This document shows positions 54,087 to 64,000 of a stretch of DNA of 64,000 nt, piece by piece. Within the stretch, counting starts at the first letter, position 1; each line of letters begins with the position of its first letter. The translations under genes and the position numbers were made by a program. Below the pieces are notes generated by a model. The model did no database searches, had not been told where the DNA came from, and saw only the letters and a list, made by a program, of their open reading frames with translations. The DNA is from Eledone cirrhosa (taxonomy: Eukaryota), in assembly GCA_964016885.1 (NCBI GenBank), contig OZ024749.1:41602001-41666000 (forward strand), read 5' to 3'.

Positions 54087-57000
54087 TATCTTTATTAGTA
54101 GACAGGTCATTGTGAAAATTTGCAGTATTAGAGTAAAGTAAAGAGTTTTATTTTTAATGTAACACAGTCATAGTGTTGCTTGGGGATCCAGTGGGACTGT
54201 TTGGAGATGGCTGCCTCTAATAGGACCCTCTTCTAGAAGGTGTGTTTGAAGACTGTAACCCCACAACCCTCTCAAGAATAAGAACGGGTAGAGAAGAAGA
54301 CGACGACAAAAATGACCCTGAAAGTGTGAAAGGCAAAGTCGAGCTGAACAGGATTTGAAGTGAGAGCAGAGTGAGTCAATATATATATTGCCAGAAATGT
54401 TATGAATAATTAACTGAGCGTCAACTGGACTTCCACAGAAATTCAATAATGGAGTTGGATTCTCTGGAGAACCATGCACTATTTAGCAGCAGATTTTGGT
54501 TTCTAACAACAAATGAGCATCTACATGGTCACTTAATGACTTCTTAGACATAACAACCAAACACTAACCCTCAAATCACCTTATATCATAATAATAATAA
54601 TAATGAAAATTATTGTGTACAGGGCTCAGGTGCACTACAACTCATCAAAGTGCATGTATACATAGAGTAATGGTTTCTGATTTAAGCCAACAAATTTGAA
54701 GGGGAGGGAAAAGTCGATTAAATCCCCCCCCCCCCCCCAATGCATTACTGGTGCTTTATTTTATCTGACCAAGATACTTTCATGGAATGAACAAATGAGG
54801 TTTATTTTTCCCCCAATGCATTACTGGTGCTTTATTTTATCTGACCAAGATACTTTCATGGAATGAACAAATGAGGTTTATGTTTCAACATAGTCCCTGG
54901 AGAGAAACAATGCAGTTATTAATAAGAGTCGAAATTAATGCATGCAAGATTTCACAGCTCTAGCATCAATCCTTCATAGCCAGTCTATGAACTTTTCAGC
55001 CGACCCATATAGGTCTTTAGTGGCTGTCAGCAGACAGTTTCATATTCGAATGTGAGTGAAACATCCCCAGGGGGCAGTGGGTTCTTCACTCCTGATTTAA
55101 ACAGAAGTTTGGTAGATGCAAACTACATGGAAGCCCATCAAGTGAACTCTAGCAGTAATTTTAACAGCCTGCCTCGTCACACACAGTGTCAGGCAGATTC
55201 TGCCAAAAGATTAGACTAAAAGTACATGTCTGTAGAATACTCAGCTGCCTACACACCAATATACTGAGTAGGCAATCCGCTTGACTGAATAACTGGAATA
55301 GTCATCATCTAATCCGACAGAGGATACATTTCTATATAGATATATATCTATGTTTATGTATGTGTGTATGTACATATGTGTGTATATATATGTTTATGTA
55401 TATCCATATGTATGTATGTCGGCATAAGTGTGTGTATGTATGTATGTATATATGCACATGTGTATGTATGTATGTGTTTATGTATATGCATATGTATGTA
55501 CGTATATATGCACATGTGTATGTATGTATGTGTTTATGTATATGCATATGTATGTATGTAGATGTGTGTATGTATGCATGTTTGGGTATATGTGAGTGTG
55601 TAAATATATATAGTCCTACATTTCTATGTATATATATATGTGATTATTTATTATACATATCATATATATATATATATATATATACACGTTTGTGTGTGAG
55701 TGTGTGTGTGCATATATGCATCTATATATATATGCATGTGAGTGTGTGTATGTGTATATATATATATATATATATATCATCAATTTACATCTGGGTTAGA
55801 TGGGTTGTTACTATTCAAGACAAGACAAGTTAGATAACAACATCTTGCTCATGTATTCCATATTTTCACAAATAGAACAAGATCAGAAAAAAGAGGAGAC
55901 ACAGAGGAGCAAGAATAGTCATTAAGAAGGTCACAGGATGTGTGACAAAAGAACTTTGACAATTAACAATTAAACAACAGCCGGATTACTAAACTAACCC
56001 ATGAATGGATTAATAACTCAACTAATAATAAACTGAAGTGAAACTCAGCTGGTGTGTGGGTTATTATTATAAAGTATAATAATATATATATAACCAAAGA
56101 ATTAAGGCATTTATACAATGACAATTGTTTCTACCCATATTGAGTCACATATAGTGAACTATTTTGCTATGGGTGTCTTCAGAGTTTATTAAAAATGCTT
56201 ATATAATCCACTATATGTCCCTCATTGCATTGAGTTAAAAACACCCTGTAAATGAGTATACTTACTCCCATTAATATTACAATTATAACTATATTATATT
56301 AGTATTATTATTATTATTATGGGGGTGGTGGATTGGTAGTATCGGTAGAGGGTCTGATGCCATGCTTTGCAGCAAAACGTTACGGCCCTTTATGGCCTGA
56401 GTTCAAATCCCGTCATGGTTAACTTTGCCTTTCATCCTTATGGGGTCGATAAAATAAAGTACCAGTAATACACTGGGATAATTGCTGGCCTTGTGCCAAA
56501 AGTAGAAACAATTATTATTATTAGAGAGAGAGAGAGAGAGAGAGTCTGTGGTGCTGAAACCAAAGAAACCATAAATCCTGGGAGTACTCAATGCATGGGG
56601 AGATGCAGAGTTGGTACAGAGATAGGTATAATCCCAACCGCAGTGCCAAGTGTATATATATTTTTTCAATGCTCTACTGATTCTGTCAGTCCACCAAGTA
56701 GGCAGGTAGGTAGATAAATAGGTAGAAAGGTAGATATGTAGGCAGGCAAGTAGGTAGGTAGGTAGATCATTGGTAGAGGTATGTAGGAATGTATGAAGGT
56801 AGATAGATAGGCAGGTAACTGGTAGGTAGTTCATTGATTGATTTGTGGGTAGTAGGTAAGTTAAGCTACATAGGGGGTTGATAGTAAGTAGACGAATAGT
56901 TTCATAGATTGCATCATTTCTGGAATGGGCTGGAGATGTCTATTAGAATCTTGTAAAGAGTTTCTAAAATGTTGAAAGGAAACTTTAAAATGGTGAGAAG

Positions 57001-57617
57001 AAAACTATGTACTGTACATGCACTTTTTTGATGAGTTGTGGTGCACCTGGGCACTGTACACAATATTTCATTATTGTTATTGTTATTATATCATGACTCA
57101 TACACTGTTCATTTTCCTGACATTTGTACATTATTCTATGTACTATACATGCACCTTTGATGAGTTGTAGTGCACCTGAGCACTGTACACAATAATTTCA
57201 TTATTATTATTATTATATAAAGAAGCCAGTAGTTTACCACCATCATCATCATCAATATCACCACCACCATTGTTATTATCAATAGAGTGGATGGTTCTAC
57301 ACTTAGCATGGGCCTGTATGTCTGAATAGCAGTTCCTTTTACATGAGGGCACTTGTCCTTCCTTCGTAGTCAAAGTGACCGTGGATAGTGATAATATAAA
57401 GTACCGGTAACCCACTGGTGTCAGTTTAATCGACATTCACCTTCCCTTCAAATTGCTGGCCTTGTGCCAAATGTAGAAACAATTATTAATATCATTGTGG
57501 ATTGGCAGTATAAGTAGAACGTCAGACACCATGCTTTGTGGCATAGAGTTATGTCCCTTTACAGTTTGAGTTCAAATCCCACTAAGGTTAGCTTTGCCTT
57601 TCATCCTTACGGGGGTC

Positions 57618-58270
57618 GATAAAATAAAGTACCAGTAATGCACTGGGTAATTGCTGGCCTTGTGCCGGAAGTAGAAACAATTATTATTATGATAAAATAA
57701 AGTACCAGTAATGCACTGGGTAATTGCTGGCATTGTGCCGGAAGTAGAAACAATTATTATTATGATAAAATAAAGTACCAGTAATGCACTGGGTAATTGC
57801 TGGCATTGTGCCGGAAGTAGAAACAATTATTATTATGATAAAATAAAGTACCAGTAATGCACTGGGTATGTGCTGGCCTTGTGCCGGAAGTAGAAACAAT
57901 TATTATTATGATAAAATAAAGTACCAGTAATGCACTGGGTATGTGCTGGCCTTGTGCCGGAAGTAGAAACAATTATTATTATGATAAAATAAAGTACCAG
58001 TAATGCACTGGGTAATTGCTGGCATTGTGCCGGAAGTAGAAACAATTATTATTATGATAAAATAAAGTACCAGTAATGCACTGGGTATGTGCTGGCCTTG
58101 TGCCGGAAGTAGAAACAATTATTATTATGATAAAATAAAGTACCAGTAATGCACTGGGTATGTGCTGGCATTGTGCCGGAAGTAGAAACAATTATTATTA
58201 TGATAAAATAAAGTACCAGTAATGCACTGGGTAATTGCTGGCCTTGTGCCGGAAGTAGAAACTATTACTA
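57618..58270 (+). repeat. 73-bp tandem array (9 units) of the family A SINE 3' half
   Basis: Units start at 57618, 57691, 57764 and so on to 58202. Confidence 0.93.
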
Positions 58271-58689
58271 TTAGTGTTGTTATAAGGGCAGTGGATTGGC
58301 AGTATCGGTAGAGAGTCGGATGCCAAGCATGGAGTTACGACCCTTACCATTCTGAGTTCAAATCCCGCCGAGGTTAGCTTTACCTTTCATCCTTACGGGG
58401 TCGATAAAACAAAGTACCAGTAATGCACTGGGTGATTGCTGGCCTTGTGCCGGAAGTAGAAACAATTATTAGTGTTGCTGTCAACATCATCATCATCATT
58501 GTCATCACAATAGACTTATTTAACAAGTTTAAATACAGGGCACCAAACAATAGAACTGAACTAAATTGAAGCTTAAGATTTTAACCAGTAAAGGGGTGAA
58601 TAGGTAAGTAGGTGAATGAAGAGAATGGTTGTGGTGGTGGGGAGGGAGACAGTGTTGGTAATGGTGGGGGGAGGAAGCGGACGGTAATG

Positions 58690-58709
58690 GTGTGTGGCAG
58701 TGTTGATGG

Positions 58710-58755
<46 letters not shown>

Positions 58756-59300
58756 GCTATTGAGTGGCACAAATGATGAAGATGGTGGTAGTGTATTGTT
58801 ATTGTTGGTAATGATGGTAAAAGTTGCGGAGGAAAGTGTTGGTAATTGTGGGGGGGGGGGGGGGAGACTGTTGGTAATGATGAAAGTGGTGGTGTTGGTG
58901 GTGGTGGTACTATTGAGTGAAGTGTATGGTGCCCATAGTGGTAGTGTGTTGTTATTGTTAATGGTGGTGATGATGGTAGTGGTAATGATAGTGTTGGTGA
59001 TGATGGTGGTGGTAATGATGGTGGTGGTGGTGGTGATGGTGGTGGTGATGGTGGTGGTGTTGGTGGTGGTGTTGGTGATGATGGTGGTGTTGGTGATGAT
59101 GGTGGTGTTGGTGATGATGGTGGTGGTGATGATGGTGGTGGTGGTGATGGTGGTGGTGGTGATGATGGTGGTGGTGGTGAGGATGATGGTGGTGTTGGTG
59201 ATGATGGTGGTGGTGGTGATGATGGTGGTGGTGGTGATGATGGTGGTGTTGATGATGGTGGTGATGATGGTGGTGGTGGTGATGATGGTAGTGGTGGTGA
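58690..59300. repeat. (GGT/GAT/GTT)n trinucleotide low-complexity tract
   Basis: Similar tracts at 38500-38800, 42260-42480, 49620-50260 and 52540-52810. Confidence 0.9.
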
Positions 59301-60449
59301 TATGCTTTTTTGGGTGTGTGTGGGGGTGGGGGTGGAGCAGAGTGAAGTTAAAAGCTGAGATAAATCAATATTTCATTGCTGATAGTCATCCATGTTGTTG
59401 TTATTATTGTTGCTGTTGCTCTTGTTACTATTATTACTGTTGTTATTGCTGTTATTATTATTATTTTGGGCAATATTCATTTTTTTTTTTTTTTTTTTTT
59501 AGTACACAGATTTTCTTCATCTATTTATATTTGTTGTTGTTGCTGTTATTACTGTTGTATTCCAGTAGTGTTTGCTATAAAATGGCTTTTGTTGTAGAAA
59601 AACAGATTCCTTCTAGAACCTACTAATATACAGTGAAATATTAAACAAGTCTTTCAGCTAATTTCTTCTGGAGTCTTTGTCACTAATTTTTCTACTCCAC
59701 ATGTCACAAACATATCTAAATTAGTATTAAGGTAAATGTGATCAACTAAAGAAAGGCAGTGCTCCAGCATGGCTACAGTCTAAGGACTGAAACTAGTAAC
59801 AGAAGAAGAGAAACAAGTACCCCAGATAATTTTTTCGGGGGGGGGGGGGGGTCTTTCCCCCAATTTTCCTACATTCATTTTTACATCTCAAATATATCTA
59901 ACAAAACTGAAGAGATTGGATTAACTGAAAATATGTGTGTATGCGTGTGTGTGCGAGCATATGTGAAAGAGAGTGTGCAGTGTGTTTGAGAGAAGGGGAG
60001 AGAAAGAGCATGTATGTGTGTGTGTGCGTGAATGAGAGAATGTGTAATTGAAAGACTGTATGCATGTGTGAGAGAGAGAGAGAGAGAGAGAGCATGCGTG
60101 TGTATTGAGTGTAAGAGAGAGAGAGAGAGAGAGTGTGTGTGTGTGTGTGTGAGACTATGACAAAGAGAAAGTAGATGCAAGGTTTGAAAGTGTGTGTATG
60201 AGAGAGTATTGGGGTATGTGTAAGAACATGGGTGTATATGTGTGAGAGAATGTGAGTGTATGTGTGTGAGAGAGTGTGAGTATGTGACAATGTGGATGTA
60301 AGTATGTGTGCATGGGAGTAGTGGTGTGTTTAAGTGAGTGAACATGAAGAGTGTAGCTGTGCATGTGTGTGTGTGAGAGGATTGCTTGAGTATGAGTTAG
60401 CATTAGAGTCTGAGTGTGTATGAGTATTTGTATATGAGTGTGTACACGA

Positions 60450-61090
60450 GAGCTTGTATACTAGTGTGGGTGAGAGCTGTATACTAGTGTGGGTGAGAGC
60501 TTGTATACTAGTGTGGGTGAGAGCTAGTACATTAGTGTGGGTGAGAGCTTGTATACTAGTGTGGGTGAGAGCTGTATACTAGTGTGGGTGAGAGCTGTAT
60601 ACTAGTGTGGGTGAGAGCTTGTATACTAGTGTGGGTGAGAGCTAGTACATTAGTGTGGGTGAGAGCTGTATACTAGTGTGGGTGAGAGCTGTATACTAGT
60701 GTGGGTGAGAGCTGTATACTAGTGTGGGTGAGAGCTGTATACTAGTGTGGGTGAGAGCTGTATATTAGTGTGGGTGAGAGCTGTATATTAGTGTGGGTGA
60801 GAGCTGTATATTAGTGTGGGTGAGAGCTGTATATTAGTGTGGGTGAGAGCTGTATACTAGTGTGGGTGAGAGCTGTATATTAGTGTGGGCGAGAGCTGTA
60901 TATTAGTGTGGGTGAGAGCTGTGTACTAGTGTGGGTGAGAGCTTGTATACTAGTGTGGGTGAGAGCTGTATACTAGTGTGGGTGAGAGCTTGTATACTAG
61001 TGTGGGTAAGAGCTGTATACTAGTGTGGGTGAGAGCTGTATACTAGTGTGGGTGAGAGCTAGTACATTAGTGTGGGTGAGAGCTTGTATG
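60450..61090. repeat. 23/24-bp minisatellite TAGTGTGGGTGAGAGCTGTATAC, about 27 copies
   Basis: Seen directly in the sequence. Confidence 0.93.
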
Positions 61091-61620
61091 AGAACTTGTA
61101 TATGAGTGTGTGTGAGGGTGTATATATGAGTGCGCATAAGAGTATGTAAGTTAGTGTGTGTGTGAAAGCTTATATGTGGGTGTGTGTGGGAGTGTGTATG
61201 TGGGTGTGAGAGAAGGCATCGATGTAAGAAGGAGTGTGAGTATGTGTGTATAACATGGTACACTGACATGCATGAGTGGCTGCGAGGGAAGAGCATGCAT
61301 GTACATTTACATGTATGTATACAAGTGCGTATGTGTGTATGCATGTGTGTGTGTATGTGCGCAGACATATATGTATGTATGAGAGATTACACACATACAT
61401 ATATGTGTATGGTGAGAGATAAAGAGCATATGAATTTATGTGTGTATATGAACGAATATGCATGTGTGTATATTTAAAAATATGTGTGCGTGTGTGCGTG
61501 TGTATGTGTGTGAACATGTGAAAAGTGCATATGTGGGTATGTGTAATTGTTCATGTAATTATTAAAGGATTAGAGTAAAAGAGGGTGAGAGAGGTATAGG
61601 AGATGTAAGGGAGGTAAGTG

Positions 61621-61952
61621 AGGAACGGGGGGAGGGAGAGTATAGACGGGAGGTGAGGGAGTTAAGTGAGGGGAGGAGTAATAGATGTGTGCTCGATAGG
61701 TGGGAGGAGGGTTGTTTAAGAGAGGGATAGGGGAAATTACAGGACTTGTGGGTGGGTGGTGGGGTTTTATAGGACATGTGTGGGTAGAGCCCCCCCCCCC
61801 CCTCCTCCGGTTATTTAATTACACCCACACAAGGTGATTAGTCAGTTATGTTGATAATGAAGGGATATAGGTGGGGGAGGGAAGGGTATATTGGAGCCAG
61901 ACACACAGCTGCTAAAGTGGAGTTCTGTCTGTCCGTCTGTCCACCTCCCCCC

Positions 61953-61986
<34 letters not shown>

Positions 61987-62520
61987 ATCATCATCATCAT
62001 GTTTATTTACCATGTCTACATAGGTTACACGGGTTGTCTATCAATAAAATATATTTTAGTAGGCAAGTTTGTATAAGGGAGGTAACTAAAGGGACATAAC
62101 TCAGGTCAACATAGCCATGCAATAGATGAAGATCGATACAACCAGTAGGAAACTGAGGGTGAGTTCGACTAAAACTCTTGAAAGTTGGGTTCCCTTCACG
62201 GCCACAGACTCATAACTGAAACCTCCCGTCTATACTCTCCCTCCCCCCGTTCCTTACTTCGGGGTTATAAGAGGCTTAGCTCTGTTTCTCGACCGTTATA
62301 TCGCGTGACTATCTCCCCCTCCGCCTTTTGGGATTCTTTCTCACGTCGTGTAGACGCGTTCTTGAGACTAGTAAAATGAGGTATCCTCTTGATAAGTCGG
62401 CAGACCTCGCAAGGACTCTATATCTTTATGATGTATTGTTTTTGTTTATGCCACGAAACTACGTAGTCGAGGAATCTAGGAGCAGTTTAAGTATGATACA
62501 TTTTATTACTAATTATATCT
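61621..62520 (+). mobile_element. Penelope-like element remnant: decayed ORF end, pseudo-LTR with hammerhead, inverted partial LTR
   Basis: Frameshifted RKLRVS / LKLLKVGFP / HG at about 62147-62205 resembles the PLE GIY-YIG C-terminus (RxxRExxWIxxLxTxxPxGLN). A perfect 34-bp inverted repeat links 61621-61654 and 62221-62254. Hammerhead at 62379. Confidence 0.55.
62379..62477 (+). ncRNA. Type I hammerhead ribozyme, U3-A8 core variant
   Basis: Stem I TCCTC/GAGGA (extendable); core TTGATAA at 62389-62395; stem II GTCGGCAGAC...GTTTATGCCAC; GAAA at 62455-62458; palindromic stem III ACTACGTAGT; GUC triplet ending 62468. Confidence 0.7.
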
Positions 62521-62542
62521 AAATGTTTCTTCTCTTTTCATA

Positions 62543-62599
<57 letters not shown>

Positions 62600-63724
62600 A
62601 ACACGTATATAAAATCATCCCCATCATGCATGGGTTAGACGGACTCTCATGTTATGAGACCAGACAGGTCTATAGTGAATATAGTTGATTACATTGCCCT
62701 CCACATCCACACACACATATATATATTCAAAATCCCTAGTGTTGGTGATTTACACAGTAAACACACCTAGTAGACACTGTACAGTGGTTGGTGATATGAA
62801 AGCCATCCAGCCATAGAAAATCCTGCTAAACAAAAGATAGGAAGAACTCTTCAGCTGTGTCAAAGATATGTCAGCTTCTCTAGTGCCATTGTCATGATAA
62901 AATGCACTTGGTAGAGTCTGGGACTGTAGGTAAGTGAGATGTGGACCGCCAGCCCATCTGAGGGGTCAATAACTCAGTTAGTGTACCAACCCACTCTGTT
63001 GACTAGGGCCTCTAAGAAAAATTTTGCAAGGTTGTACAAAACCCCCTTTGGGGGCCAATACAGGCAAAGATTTTTCTCAAAATGGATGTTGCATGGCTGT
63101 TGTGGGACCTTCTAAGCTCTTGGAGCCCCCTGGAAAAAAGTACCGGCTGCCCCCCCCCCCCCCCCCCATCTCATGGGTCCTGCTGTTGACAACCTGTGCA
63201 ACCTTTTCTAGTAGTGAAAATGGATGTCAAACGATAATGATGGTGATCATATATTCCTGTACGTATTTTATTAGCTTCGGAATAGTGAAAGGTTTGAAAT
63301 TTCATGAACATTATTACCAAAGACCATGAGTATTACAGATGTACAATCAATGATACAGTCTGCTCATGAAATTAACGTGCAAGTGGCTGCGCATTCTATA
63401 GACAGCTGTGCCTTAAATGTAATTCTCAGGGAGATTCAATGTTACACAGTGTACAGGAAAACTGGAACTCAGAAAGTAACGAGGTATGCAACTAAATACC
63501 ACAGTTCACCACCCTCGTTAAACTAATTACATTAATAATCATTATTTCTCTGTATTTAGTTCGATCTCATTACAGAATGAGTTCAATCCCTGCCACAATC
63601 AACTTCGACTTTTATCTCTTTCTCTCCCTCAAGGGGGGATGATAAATAAAATGATAAAGTGTCCAGCCATGTACTGGCGCCATCAATTCAAACTAAAGAT
63701 ACACACCACCACCATATATTTGTA

Positions 63725-63755
<31 letters not shown>

Positions 63756-63801
63756 GAATATCTATATACACATATATATATGAATATTTGTTTCTCTCTC
63801 A

Positions 63802-63838
<37 letters not shown>

Positions 63839-63875
63839 CATACACATATATATATGAATATTTGTTTCTCTCTCA

Positions 63876-63961
<86 letters not shown>

Positions 63962-64000
63962 CAATGGCCAATTGCCAATGTTTTTGTTTTGTTTTAAAAA

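Noticed and set aside
57618-58270. CRISPR-like array or repeated 70-aa ORFs
   Set aside because: Units are near-identical SINE tails with no spacers.
58694-59626. 310-aa Val/Met-rich ORF
   Set aside because: Translation of (GGT/GAT)n low-complexity sequence.

Overview
Eukaryotic, AT-rich, microsatellite-dense DNA. The SINE/LINE content suggests an octopus (coleoid cephalopod); this is an inference. The minus strand carries 23 in-phase GT-AG exons (36897 down to 168, about 911 codons) of a type II diacylglycerol kinase (DGKH/DGKD-like): end of the PH domain, C1A, C1B, split catalytic DAGKc and DAGKa domains. The gene is incomplete at both ends. The introns hold tRNA-derived SINEs, RTE/CR1/Tx1-like LINE 3' ends, Tc1/mariner-type MITEs and minisatellites. 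The most notable unannotated signal is a set of about a dozen type I hammerhead-ribozyme motifs, intact to decayed. They have palindromic stem III and include U3-A8 core variants. Many sit head-to-head in near-perfect palindromes inside (TA)n tracts and probably derive from Penelope-like elements or retrozymes. Also noted are candidate A-to-I recoding codons, an inverted SINE pair around the PH exon and a possible internal promoter at 48-52 kb. Repeat boundaries are approximate.
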